Assembly: GCA_035764345.1 (NCBI GenBank)
Contig: DASTZJ010000067.1
Location: 1 to 24,587 of the forward strand
Source of the DNA: Candidatus Udaeobacter sp.
GTDB taxonomy: Bacteria > Verrucomicrobiota > Verrucomicrobiia > Chthoniobacterales > UBA10450
DNA: 24,587 bases
Direction of reading: 5' to 3'
Each line of letters opens with the position of its first letter. Within the stretch, counting starts at the first letter, position 1. Positions 7,774-16,763 of this stretch are shown here, piece by piece. Below the pieces are notes generated by a model, which ran no database searches, had not been told where the DNA came from, and saw only the letters and a list, made by a program, of their open reading frames with translations. Made by a program: the position numbers and the translations under genes.

Positions 7774-8340
7774 GTGCGTAATTTTGATGATGAGCCATCC
7801 TCGTGCAGTCTTGCTGGCTCATTACTGGTTGCTCATCCCAGTATGCTCGATCCCAATTTCCGACGCACTGTGCTTTTCATTTCCGAGCATGATCCAGGCG
7901 AGGGTGCTCTCGGTGTGATTATCAATCGGCCGCTCGACAGACAGGTAGCGGATCTGGTGACCGAGGCACCGCCAGCAGGCCTTGCTGAGGTGCCTGTTTT
8001 TCTGGGCGGACCGGTTGGGAAAAATCAACTGATGTTTGCTGCGTTTGAGTGGCATCAAAGCAGCGGTCTCAAGCTCAATCACAATGTCGGTGTGGAGGAA
8101 ACAAACGATGCAGCTGACAAGAAAAAAATAATAACAGTTTGCGCGTTCGTAGGCTATGCGGGCTGGGGAGCAGGACAGCTTGAGAGCGAGATGAAGCAGA
8201 AAGCCTGGCTCCGTCAAAAAGCCAATCCCTCAGCGCTTAAACTTGATCGCCTTCCGAACCTGTGGTTCGACATCATGCGCGGCCTCGGACCGTGGTATAA
8301 AATGCTGGCTGCGGCGCCAGACGATCCGTCGTTGAATTGA
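7774..8340 (+). CDS. YqgE/AlgH family protein (UPF0301)
   Basis: SLAGSLLVAHP, DPNFRRTV, GALGVIINRP, VFLGGPV, FVGYAGWGAGQLESE motifs. Start uncertain: in-frame GTG at 7774 or ATG at 7714; a natural-looking ATG at 7790 is out of frame by one base. Confidence 0.9.
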   Translation: MRNFDDEPSSCSLAGSLLVAHPSMLDPNFRRTVLFISEHDPGEGALGVIINRPLDRQVADLVTEAPPAGLAEVPVFLGGPVGKNQLMFAAFEWHQSSGLKLNHNVGVEETNDAADKKKIITVCAFVGYAGWGAGQLESEMKQKAWLRQKANPSALKLDRLPNLWFDIMRGLGPWYKMLAAAPDDPSLN

Positions 8341-8417
8341 TGTGAGACCTAAAAGGTGAGACATGAGAAGTGATTTAGCTTGATTCCACATCTCACATCT
8401 CCCTAATCACTTCTCAC
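8339..8417. repeat. Opposed GTGAGA-type tandem repeat arrays
   Basis: gatgtgaga (8339-8347) / tctcacatc (8391-8399) is a perfect 9-bp inverted pair; tgagaagtgatt (8364-8375) / aatcacttctca (8405-8416) is a perfect 12-bp inverted pair. Confidence 0.8.
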
Positions 8418-8424
8418 TTTCCGT

Positions 8425-9522
8425 ATGATCATTGGTGTCCCGAAAGAAATTAAAGAGCAGGAAAAACGCGTCGCGCTGCTGCCTTCGGCTGCGAGTCAAC
8501 TCACGCGACGAGGTCATTCAGTCGTGGTACAAAAGAACGCCGGTATTGGCTCGGGTTACCCGGACGAAGAGTACGTCAAAGCTGGCGCTGAGATTGTTGA
8601 TCAAGCGAAAGAAGTTTTCGCGCGGGCTGACATGGTCGTGAAAGTCAAGGAACCACTCGAAGCGGAGTTTCCTCTGTTGCATAAAGGTCAAATCCTTTTC
8701 ACCTATCTGCATCTGGCTGCGAGTAAATCTCTTACTGAGGCGCTGCTAAAATCGGGCGTGACCGCCGTGGCGTACGAGACGATTCAGGTGGATCATCGTT
8801 TGCCGTTGTTGGAACCGATGAGCGAAATCGCTGGTCGCATGTCGGTGGTGATGGGCGCCAATTTTCTCGCCAAATACAATGGCGGCAGCGGAGTTTTGCT
8901 GGGCGGAGTGCCGGGAGTCTTGCCCGGACGCGTCATTGTTGTGGGCGGAGGCACCTCGGGTGTCAATGCCGCGCGAATGGCTGCTGGTCTTGGCGCAGAC
9001 GTAACAATACTCGATGTGGATCTTGAACGTTTGCGCTATCTCGATCTCTCAATCGTGAGCGCAAACACCCTTTATTCGAACGAAGCGAACTTGCATGATC
9101 TGATGCCCGATTGCGATTTGCTGATAGGCGCGGTGCTTTTGCCCGGTGCGAAAGCGCCGAAGTTAATCACGCGCCAGATGCTGCGAAAAATGAAGCCGGG
9201 CAGTGTGCTCGTGGATATTTCCATCGATCAAGGCGGTTGCGCGGAAACATCCCGGCCCACCACTCACCTTGATCCAGTTTACGTCGAGGAAGGTGTTACG
9301 CATTATTGCGTGGCGAACATGCCCGCTGCCTACGCGCGCACGGCCACCCAAGCGCTTACAAACGTCACGTTTCGTTACGTAGAATTGCTCGCCGATCTCG
9401 GCCTCGATGGTGCATGTAAAAAACAACCGGCGCTCATTGGTGGCATTAACACTCGCGATGGACGGCTCACTTGTAAGGCGGTGGCGGAGGCGCATGGCCT
9501 CAAATACGAAGCCCCGCTTTAA
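8425..9522 (+). CDS. ald: Alanine dehydrogenase
   Basis: 365 aa. IGVPKEIK, KVKEP, FTYLHLA, EPMSEIAGR, GGGTSG Rossmann motif, DISIDQGG, HYCVANMP. Confidence 0.97.
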   Translation: MIIGVPKEIKEQEKRVALLPSAASQLTRRGHSVVVQKNAGIGSGYPDEEYVKAGAEIVDQAKEVFARADMVVKVKEPLEAEFPLLHKGQILFTYLHLAASKSLTEALLKSGVTAVAYETIQVDHRLPLLEPMSEIAGRMSVVMGANFLAKYNGGSGVLLGGVPGVLPGRVIVVGGGTSGVNAARMAAGLGADVTILDVDLERLRYLDLSIVSANTLYSNEANLHDLMPDCDLLIGAVLLPGAKAPKLITRQMLRKMKPGSVLVDISIDQGGCAETSRPTTHLDPVYVEEGVTHYCVANMPAAYARTATQALTNVTFRYVELLADLGLDGACKKQPALIGGINTRDGRLTCKAVAEAHGLKYEAPL

Positions 9523-9629
9523 TCGGCGCTGATCAAGCATTTGCTGCGAAAGAGAGAAATCGAATGCGGTCAAAAACTGCCTTGCTCCGATTAATCTGTT
9601 AAAGCAATATGCCTCTTCCAATTAACACT

Positions 9630-9854
9630 ATGAAAAAATACATCTGCATTCTGGCCAGTGCCGCGCTCCTTGCGGCGTGCGAGCAAAAGACCGAGACAAC
9701 CGAACCCGCGGCAAGTCCAGCAGCCACGAGCCCACCCACAACAACTGAAGCAACCAGTCCGGCGTCGACTACGGAATCTCCCGCTACGACACCAGAGTCT
9801 CCTGCCGGAACAACAGAGTCTCCCCCTGAGCCTGAGACCTCGCCTTCTCCCTAA
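9630..9854 (+). CDS. Small Ser/Thr/Pro-rich lipoprotein
   Basis: MKKYICILASAALLAAC: basic N-terminus, hydrophobic core, LAAC lipobox. Then about 57 aa of TTESPA-like repeats. Start moved to the in-frame ATG at 9630. Confidence 0.8.
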   Translation: MKKYICILASAALLAACEQKTETTEPAASPAATSPPTTTEATSPASTTESPATTPESPAGTTESPPEPETSPSP

Positions 9855-9880
9855 ATTCGTCGGCTCTTCTCTTCTTTGCG

Positions 9881-9914
9881 AAGTCTTCTCCTGAGCCTCT
9901 GGGAGAAGACTTTT
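9881..9914 (+). terminator. Candidate intrinsic terminator after the lipoprotein gene
   Basis: Perfect 11-bp stem aagtcttctcc (9881-9891) / ggagaagactt (9902-9912), ending in a T4 run (9911-9914). Confidence 0.5.
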
Positions 9915-9938
9915 GCTGTACGGATGCCGCCTCCCTCA

Positions 9939-9994
9939 TTGGAGGGGCGAGCTCCGCGAGCCCACGATTGGCGTCGCAGAGCTCCGCCCTCCAA
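9939..9994. repeat. GGAG-tagged REP-like doublet
   Basis: ttggaggggcgagctccgcgagccc (9939-9963) and ggcgtcgcagagctccgccctccaa (9970-9994) are imperfect inverted 25-mers, each internally palindromic. Confidence 0.8.
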
Positions 9995-10029
9995 CTTTTT
10001 CGGGCTATGGTAGCGAATCGACAACCGAT

Positions 10030-10392
10030 ATGAAGCGGGCGAGTTCGCTTTCATTTCCAAAGCAGCGCCGCTTGAAGCGCGCGTCCGAATACGAGCGCGT
10101 AAAACGAGACGGCCTGGTACGGCGCGGCAAGCTGCTAACGCTCAGCGCGACGGCAGTCGAAAATTCCGGGCTTTGTCGTATCGGCTTCATTACTTCTCGC
10201 CGCCTCGGAAGCGCGGCAGTTCGCAATCGTGTCCGGCGCCGTTTGCGGGAGATTGTGCGCCAGCACCAGCATGACTTGCGACAAGACTTTTGGATCGTGC
10301 TTATTGCAAAACGCGACGCTACGAACGCGAGCTATCGCGCCTTGGAACATGAATGGTTGCGTCTCGCGAGACGCGCTTCTATCCTGCTCTGA
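10030..10392 (+). CDS. rnpA: Ribonuclease P protein component
   Basis: [38 protein letters not shown] (RNR motif). Start at ATG 10030; the ORF-track extension runs through the REP doublet. Confidence 0.96.
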   Translation: MKRASSLSFPKQRRLKRASEYERVKRDGLVRRGKLLTLSATAVENSGLCRIGFITSRRLGSAAVRNRVRRRLREIVRQHQHDLRQDFWIVLIAKRDATNASYRALEHEWLRLARRASILL

Positions 10393-10709
10393 TGCTCTGG
10401 TTGCTTCGTTCTATAATTCGCGTTTATCAATGCACGCTGTCGCCGCTCCTCTGTTTGTTGTGCGGACCTGATTCCGGCTGCCGATTTACGCCGACCTGCT
10501 CGGCATATTTTTTGGAAGCAGTTGAGACACACGGTGTTTGCCACGGAAGCTGGCTGGGATTAAAACGCCTCGCGCGATGCCAACCGTGGGGCGGACATGG
10601 GTATGACCCGGTCCCAAGTGGCAAAAATTTATCCCCCAGCTTGCCTATCGCGACGGCCATGGCGCATCAAGAATCGGGTTTGACGATTGGGCCCGGCTCT
10701 GCTGAGTAG
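10392..10709 (+). CDS. yidD: Membrane protein insertion efficiency factor YidD
   Basis: [40 protein letters not shown] overlaps the rnpA stop (TGATG). Confidence 0.96.
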   Translation: MLWLLRSIIRVYQCTLSPLLCLLCGPDSGCRFTPTCSAYFLEAVETHGVCHGSWLGLKRLARCQPWGGHGYDPVPSGKNLSPSLPIATAMAHQESGLTIGPGSAE

Positions 10710-10733
10710 CCGCTCGAACACGACCTACGATTT

Positions 10734-12455
10734 ATGGATCGAACTGCGTGGATTGTCGTTGCCCTTTGTGTAATCGGACTCGTATTGTGGCAAATTTACG
10801 TGGCAAAACAGATGCCGCCGAGACCCGCGCCGGTCAGCGTCGCGCCTGGACAAGCTTCGCCGACTGCAACCGCGAAAATTTTTCAACCTTCTCCGCCGCC
10901 AGTCGTCCCAGAAGCCACGCCGAAGAGCGCCGAGCCGGTTCCTAATTTTGCCGAGAAGATAGAAACGTTGCGAAATTCAGATATCGAGCTGCGTTTAACG
11001 AATCGCGGAGGCGGAATCAAGGAAGCGATCCTCCTTAAGCAGATGGCTGAGAAAGGACAACGCGTTGTGTTGAATTCGGCGCTGAGCGCGCCAATCGGCG
11101 CAATCATTGAACAACCATCAGCGCCAACGCTTCCTGAGTTTACCGCATCGACTGAGTCCAATTCATTTGTGCAATTTGAGCGCACGACTGCCGAGCAAGT
11201 CGCCATCCGGAAGAAATTCTTTTTCGAAAAATCCTCGGAAAACAAAGACAACTACGTGATCGAAATGGATGTCGATCTTGAGAACCGGGGGACCAATCCG
11301 TATCAAAGCGCCGGTTACTTTGTGGCACTAGGGTCGGCAGCGCCTGTTCATCCCAAGGATTATCCTTCCTACACGCGGCTCGTCTGGTGCATCGATGGAA
11401 GGGCAAAAGGAATCGACGTTGGTTGGTTTGGCAGCAGCGGCGGATTTCTTGGGCTGGGCCAACGCGCTGCGCGACCTTATTACGAGGAGAATATCGCCGG
11501 CGCGGAATGGGTTGCCGTGAGCAATCAATTTTTCACCACGCTGCTGGCGCCGCTCACCGCCAAGGCCACTGGCATCTGGGGACGCCGTTTTGATGTCGAA
11601 TATTCGCCGGACCAAAAACTGCCAGCTATCGAGGGCGCGCTTGGCATGCCGGGATTTCAATTGCAGCCCGGGCAAACGTACAGCGCGCGTTTTGAAATCT
11701 ATGCCGGTCCGAAACTTTATCATCGCCTCGCCCAACTTCCGCACAATGAAGCCGAGGTTATGGACTTCGGGATGTTCAAGATCGTCTGCCAGTTTTTGCT
11801 CAACTTCATGAACCTGCTCCACAGCTGGCTGCACGACTATGGCCTCGCCATTCTGGCTCTCACCACGATTATCAAGCTCACGCTCTGGCCGATCCAAAAC
11901 CGGGCGAACCGCTCCATGCGCCAGATGGCTGCGCTCTCGCCAAAAATGCAGGAGTTGAAAGACAAGTACAAAGACGATCCGACGCGGATGAACCAGGAGT
12001 TGATGAAGCTTTACAAACAGTACGGCATCAACCCAGTAGGTGGCTGTTTGCCTATGATGATTCAAATCCCGATCTTTTTCGGTCTCTTCAAGATGCTGGG
12101 TCAGGCGGTGGAATTGCGAAACGCAAAATTTCTTTGGGTAAGAGATCTTTCCCAGCCGGACACGATAGCGCACCTGCCGATCCTCGGGTGGCCGGTCAAT
12201 ATCATCCCTCTTTGCATGGCTGCGACGCAGATTTGGCTCATGGCGATGACGCCAAAGACGGGTGATCCCACTCAGCGCCGGGTCATGATGTTCACGCCGC
12301 TGATCTTTTTATTTATCTGCTACAATTTTGCTGCAGCTCTGGCATTGTATTACACCGCACAGAATCTTTTCAGCATCTTACAATTTTATCAGAACAAACG
12401 ACAACCCATGCCGACGCTGGAAAAAGTTGTGCCCGCCGGAAAACGGAAACGATGA
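10734..12455 (+). CDS. yidC: Membrane protein insertase YidC
   Basis: 573 aa. N-terminal TM, periplasmic domain, YGLAILALTTIIK, LSPKMQELKDKYKDD, INPVGGCLPMMIQIPIFF, LALYY. Confidence 0.98.
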   Translation: MDRTAWIVVALCVIGLVLWQIYVAKQMPPRPAPVSVAPGQASPTATAKIFQPSPPPVVPEATPKSAEPVPNFAEKIETLRNSDIELRLTNRGGGIKEAILLKQMAEKGQRVVLNSALSAPIGAIIEQPSAPTLPEFTASTESNSFVQFERTTAEQVAIRKKFFFEKSSENKDNYVIEMDVDLENRGTNPYQSAGYFVALGSAAPVHPKDYPSYTRLVWCIDGRAKGIDVGWFGSSGGFLGLGQRAARPYYEENIAGAEWVAVSNQFFTTLLAPLTAKATGIWGRRFDVEYSPDQKLPAIEGALGMPGFQLQPGQTYSARFEIYAGPKLYHRLAQLPHNEAEVMDFGMFKIVCQFLLNFMNLLHSWLHDYGLAILALTTIIKLTLWPIQNRANRSMRQMAALSPKMQELKDKYKDDPTRMNQELMKLYKQYGINPVGGCLPMMIQIPIFFGLFKMLGQAVELRNAKFLWVRDLSQPDTIAHLPILGWPVNIIPLCMAATQIWLMAMTPKTGDPTQRRVMMFTPLIFLFICYNFAAALALYYTAQNLFSILQFYQNKRQPMPTLEKVVPAGKRKR

Positions 12456-12937
12456 TGACGCCAAAGGATCTGCTCGATACCATGCTGGGTTATCTCGGTT
12501 TCGTTGTGCAAATCGAGGAGACCAGCAACGAGGGTGGCAACCCGACACTGCAGATTTATACCGAGGAAAGTGGTCGCCTGATTGGGCGCAACGGCGAGAC
12601 ACTGGAGGCCATCCAGTTTTTGCTCAACCGACTGTTGCAATCAAGGGACAAGGATGCTGAAAAAGTAATTGTGGATTGTGAGCATTACCGCTCCATGCGC
12701 GAAGACCGCATCGTGCAAAGGGTTCGGGAATTGGCCGAACGCGTGCGCATTACCGGCCGTTCGCTTCAGCTCGAGCCGATGAATTCCTACGAACGCCGCC
12801 TCGTCCATAATGCTTTCAAAGACGATCCCGATGTAGCGACTTGGAGCCCCTCCGATTCAGCGCGCATCAAACAAATCACGCTGGTGAAGCGCCAGCCAAA
12901 AAAAGAACCAGCGTCAAAAGAGCGGATATCATCCTGA
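12452..12937 (+). CDS. jag: Jag/KhpB-like RNA-binding protein (KH + R3H, lacking Jag_N)
   Basis: LIGRNGETLEAIQFLLN (KH), VIVDCEHYR, LEPMNSYERRLVH (R3H). ATGA overlap with yidC. Confidence 0.9.
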   Translation: MMTPKDLLDTMLGYLGFVVQIEETSNEGGNPTLQIYTEESGRLIGRNGETLEAIQFLLNRLLQSRDKDAEKVIVDCEHYRSMREDRIVQRVRELAERVRITGRSLQLEPMNSYERRLVHNAFKDDPDVATWSPSDSARIKQITLVKRQPKKEPASKERISS

Positions 12938-12947
12938 GCGAAGCGAA
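12929..12947. repeat. Possible remnant of a TCATCCTGAGCGAAGCGAA-type dispersed repeat supplying the jag stop codon
   Basis: tcatcctgagcgaagcgaa resembles a widespread bacterial palindromic repeat recalled from memory. The 3' half of the palindrome is missing here. Confidence 0.4.
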
Positions 12948-13093
12948 CACCTCTCTCGGAGTCGCAGGTTACTCTTAAACACGCTCGTTGCCTAGTATAC
13001 CAAGCGGCATTGGCGAATAATCTGCCAAAGAAAAATCTTGTAATTATCTGGTAGCGGAGTGCCGAAAATCTGAGAAGGGTAATCGCTTAAATT

Positions 13094-14164
13094 ATGAAAA
13101 CACTCACGCTTACGCCATTTGCTTTTTGCCTCGCCATTCTCGCACTTGGCGGGACCGTTTCCGCACAAAACGATTTAAACCTGCCTGATGTAAGTCAGGC
13201 TGCCAAGGTCAAACAGCGCATCGCCCTGACGGATATTACCGTCAATTATCATCGGCCGTTGGTGAACGGACGAAAAATTTGGGGAGGCCTCGTCCCCTAC
13301 GACAAAGTCTGGCGCGCGGGTGCTAATGAAAACACGACGATTGAATTTAGCGATCCGGTTTGGGTAGAGGGGCAACCGCTAGCCAAAGGAACTTATGGTC
13401 TGCACATGATCCCGAACCCGGATTCGTGGACGGTGATTTTTTCAAAAACCAACACGGGGTGGGGAAGCTACAGCTATAAGCAGGACGAGGATGCTTTGCG
13501 CGTGACTGTGAAACCGAAGCCGCTTGCTGAGCCGAAAGAGGCGCTCGAATTTGATTTCGAAGATTTGAAACCGGATTCGACAGCCCTGACGCTAAAATGG
13601 GAGAAATTGGGTGTCCCCTTTACTGTCTCGATTAAGGACGCGGATCAGACGCTGCAGAACATCCGGGCGCAGCTAAAGGGACGCGGCCAGTTTACCTGGC
13701 AAGCTTTGGACGAGGGGGCGCAATTTTGTTTAACCAGAAAGATTAATCTCGATGAAGCGTTGCGCTGGGCCGATGCCTCAATTCAGAATGAGGAAAGGTT
13801 CGATAACCTTAGTACCAAAGCCGATATCCTCAAAGCCCTGAATCGCCCGGATGAGGCGAAAACCGCTTGGAACCGTGCAGTCGAAATTGCCACTCCGGTA
13901 CAGCTCTATTCGTATGGTCGACGTTTACAGAGTCAGAAGCAGGGTGTCGAAGCGATGGAGATCTTCCAACAGGCGGCGAAACGGTTTCCGCAAGGAGTCT
14001 ACGGAGATCTGGCGCGAGCGCGCATCAAGTCTGCAGCAGGTGATTTCGCCGGCGCGGCCAACGAGGCCAAGCAGGCGCAAGCTGCCGCTCCTACGGATGC
14101 GCAGAAACAGAGCATCAAAGCTCTGATCGATCGCCTGGAGGCGAAGCAGGATATCAACAAGTAG
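13094..14164 (+). CDS. DUF2911 domain protein with C-terminal TPR-like helices, signal peptide
   Basis: Signal peptide, then SQAAKVKQRIALTDITVNYHRP, GRKIWGGLVPYDKVWRAGANENT, GTYGLHMIP; alanine-rich helical C-terminus. Confidence 0.9.
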   Translation: MKTLTLTPFAFCLAILALGGTVSAQNDLNLPDVSQAAKVKQRIALTDITVNYHRPLVNGRKIWGGLVPYDKVWRAGANENTTIEFSDPVWVEGQPLAKGTYGLHMIPNPDSWTVIFSKTNTGWGSYSYKQDEDALRVTVKPKPLAEPKEALEFDFEDLKPDSTALTLKWEKLGVPFTVSIKDADQTLQNIRAQLKGRGQFTWQALDEGAQFCLTRKINLDEALRWADASIQNEERFDNLSTKADILKALNRPDEAKTAWNRAVEIATPVQLYSYGRRLQSQKQGVEAMEIFQQAAKRFPQGVYGDLARARIKSAAGDFAGAANEAKQAQAAAPTDAQKQSIKALIDRLEAKQDINK

Positions 14165-14237
14165 CGCGTTGGCGCATGCTGTCCCCGGACCCGGGAGGAT
14201 AGCGCTCGATAGGACATTCACAATCGGGAGTCCGACG

Positions 14238-16763
14238 TTGCACGTAACGCACCAGAGCATTTCGCGCTGTTGGCGAGCAGCTGTTTGGATTGCGATGATC
14301 GCCGTCCGGTGCCCGGCCAATTCGGCCGATGCGCCGCCGTTGTTATCTCCTGCGCAGATGAATGGTGGCGAGATTCAGCTCGCACTACAGAAGCTCAACG
14401 TGCTTGGCCGGGTCCTTTACATTGCGGCTCACCCTGATGATGAGAACACGAATCTCATGGCCCTCTGGGCGAACGGCTCACTTTATGACAGCGCTTACCT
14501 TTCAATTACACGCGGGGATGGCGGTCAGAATTTGATCGGACCGGAACTGCGCGAGCGCCTCGGCGTTATTCGAACGGAAGAATTGCTGGCAGCGCGGCGC
14601 ATCGATCACGGCAAACAATTCTTCTCACGAGCAATCGATTTCGGGTTTTCCAAGACAGCCGACGAGAGCATGCGCATCTGGAATCACGACAAAATTCTAG
14701 CCGATGTGGTCTGGGTGGTCCGGAAGTTCCGACCGGATGTAATGGTGACGCGCTTCAGTCCGGAGGATCAACTGACGCATGGCCATCACACGGCATCGGC
14801 CATTCTGGCGCGTGAAGCATTCGCGGCCTCTGGTGACCCAAATCGTTTCCCAGAGCAACTGGCTTTTGTAAAACCCTGGCGCCCGACGCGGCTGGTTTGG
14901 AACACGTCGCCATTTTTCTTTTCGAACCGCAATCTTCCTTTCGATCCGACAGGTCTGACTGTTTTGGAAGCGGGCGGTTACAATCCGCTTCTTGGGAAAG
15001 CGTATACGGAAATTGCGGCCGCAAGTCTAAGCATGCACAAGAGTCAGGGCGTGGGCAGCCCGCCCCGGCGCGGAGCGCGAAAAGAATATTTCAAACTATT
15101 GGAAGGTCAGCCCATGACGAGCTCGCTTTTCGAAGGCATCAATACGAGCTGGTCGCGAGTCCCGAATTCGGAATCGGTCGCTACAGAAATTGGTCAGATC
15201 ATTTCACAGTTTCATCCAACCGATCCAGCCGCGTCCGTGCCTGAGTTATTGAAGCTACGGCAGGCGATGAGTGGAATTAAGGATGACTCCTGGGTCCCGG
15301 AGAAGAAAGCCGAATTGGACGAAATTATCGCCGCTTGTCTCGGTTTGCATGTGGAAGCATCAACAAGCAACGAGACCGTCACGCCAGGACAAACGGAGAA
15401 GATAAAGTTAGAGGCAATTAACCGCTACGATATTCCAATCACACTACAGGAGGTACGATTTCCGCCGTCCGGCGACTCGATGAAGATCGATGCGGCGCTT
15501 CCATCCAACGAGCTCGTCGCGAAGGATGTGTCGTGCAAGATCCCGGAGAATACTCCTTATTCGCAGCCCTACTGGCTTCGTAAACCTGGAACGCTCGGCG
15601 CCTTCGCTGTGGATGATCAAACACTGGTCGGCTTGCCCGAAAATCCCCCGGAACTCCCAGTCGAGATAATCCTGCAAGTAAATGGACAGGAACTCCACTA
15701 TATCGTGGACACGAAGTATCGCACGGTCGACCCGGTGGCGGGCGAACTGCGACGACCGTTGGTCATCGCGCCGCCTGTTTTCGCGAAAATCGCGGACAAC
15801 GTGTTGGTATTCCCGACAAATCAACCAAAACCTGTTTCAGTACGTGTCACCGCGGCCACCGGCCCAGTGAAGGGAGACCTTAAACTAGCTGTGCCCCAGG
15901 GGTGGGAAGTCGAACCGGCGTCTGTGCCCATAGATTTAAATGGAGCCGACGTCGAGACCGCGGCCACGTTTACCGTCAAACCACCGGACCAGAATAGCGA
16001 AGGGACGTTGCGAGCCATCGTTTCGATTGACGGCCGCGACTATTCCTTCGAGCGCGTGCGGATTTCCTATCCGCACATCGGCGTCCAAACGCTGATGCCA
16101 CCGGCGGAAGTAAAACTTATTCGGGCTGATATCCGCAAGAAAGGCGATCGCATCGGCTACATTCCCGGTGCCGGCGATGATATTCCGGAAAGCCTGCAAC
16201 AAATCGGTTACTCAGTGAAGATGTTGAGCGAACCGGATATCACGGCGAAGAACCTCGCGCAGTTCTCTGCCGTTGTGCTAGGGATCCGGGCCTTCAACAC
16301 GCAGGAGCGAATTGCCAACTGGTTGCCGGAACTATTTGCCTATGTACAAGCTGGCGGAGTTGCGATCGCGCAGTACAACACCCTGGCAGAGCTTAAGACC
16401 GAGCAACTGGGGCCGTATCCATTGGAAATTTCACGCGACCGCGTCACCGACGAAAACGCGGAGGTGCGTATTCTGGCGCCCAATCATCCGCTTATGACTG
16501 CGCCAAACAAGATCACGTCGAAAGATTTCGAGGGATGGGTGCAGGAACGCGGACTTTACTTTCCTAAGAAATGGGATCCCGCCTGGACACCGATCTTGTC
16601 GTGCAACGATCCAAAGGAAAAGCCACTCGATGGTGGTTTGCTGGTTGCAAAATTAGGCAAAGGTTTCTTTATCTACACGAGTTATTCGTGGTTTCGACAG
16701 TTACCTGCCGGCATCCCGGGAGCTTATCGGTTAGTCTCGAACATGTTGTCATTGGGAAAATGA
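14238..16763 (+). CDS. Large PIG-L/LmbE family Zn-dependent deacetylase with Ig-like (NEW3-like) and C-terminal GATase-like regions
   Basis: AAHPDDENT, TRGDGGQN, DFGFSK, RPDVMVTRF, HGHH metal motifs; C-terminal GYIPGAGD, LGIRAFN, GWVQERGLYF. Start uncertain: TTG at 14238 follows GGGAG (14226-14230) and gives a signal-peptide-like N-terminus; the ORF track uses TTG at 14169. Confidence 0.9.
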   Translation: MHVTHQSISRCWRAAVWIAMIAVRCPANSADAPPLLSPAQMNGGEIQLALQKLNVLGRVLYIAAHPDDENTNLMALWANGSLYDSAYLSITRGDGGQNLIGPELRERLGVIRTEELLAARRIDHGKQFFSRAIDFGFSKTADESMRIWNHDKILADVVWVVRKFRPDVMVTRFSPEDQLTHGHHTASAILAREAFAASGDPNRFPEQLAFVKPWRPTRLVWNTSPFFFSNRNLPFDPTGLTVLEAGGYNPLLGKAYTEIAAASLSMHKSQGVGSPPRRGARKEYFKLLEGQPMTSSLFEGINTSWSRVPNSESVATEIGQIISQFHPTDPAASVPELLKLRQAMSGIKDDSWVPEKKAELDEIIAACLGLHVEASTSNETVTPGQTEKIKLEAINRYDIPITLQEVRFPPSGDSMKIDAALPSNELVAKDVSCKIPENTPYSQPYWLRKPGTLGAFAVDDQTLVGLPENPPELPVEIILQVNGQELHYIVDTKYRTVDPVAGELRRPLVIAPPVFAKIADNVLVFPTNQPKPVSVRVTAATGPVKGDLKLAVPQGWEVEPASVPIDLNGADVETAATFTVKPPDQNSEGTLRAIVSIDGRDYSFERVRISYPHIGVQTLMPPAEVKLIRADIRKKGDRIGYIPGAGDDIPESLQQIGYSVKMLSEPDITAKNLAQFSAVVLGIRAFNTQERIANWLPELFAYVQAGGVAIAQYNTLAELKTEQLGPYPLEISRDRVTDENAEVRILAPNHPLMTAPNKITSKDFEGWVQERGLYFPKKWDPAWTPILSCNDPKEKPLDGGLLVAKLGKGFFIYTSYSWFRQLPAGIPGAYRLVSNMLSLGK

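Noticed and set aside
425-8417. Possible CRISPR arrays among the repeats
   Set aside because: Units are 6-10 nt and contiguous, with no 23-47 nt repeats separated by unique spacers and no cas genes.
9913-10029. N-terminal extension of RnpA in the ORF track
   Set aside because: Runs through the REP doublet from a TTG; the ATG at 10030 gives a normal 120-aa RnpA.
10706-10728. GTAG...CTAC between yidD and yidC as a collapsed REP
   Set aside because: Only 4-bp ends match and there is no internal stem; not distinguishable from chance.
11328-12173. 281-aa minus-strand ORF
   Set aside because: Antisense shadow of yidC.
14238-16763. Labelling the PIG-L protein as bshB
   Set aside because: About 840 aa, extra domains and a probable signal peptide do not fit canonical cytoplasmic BshB1/B2; left as a hypothesis.
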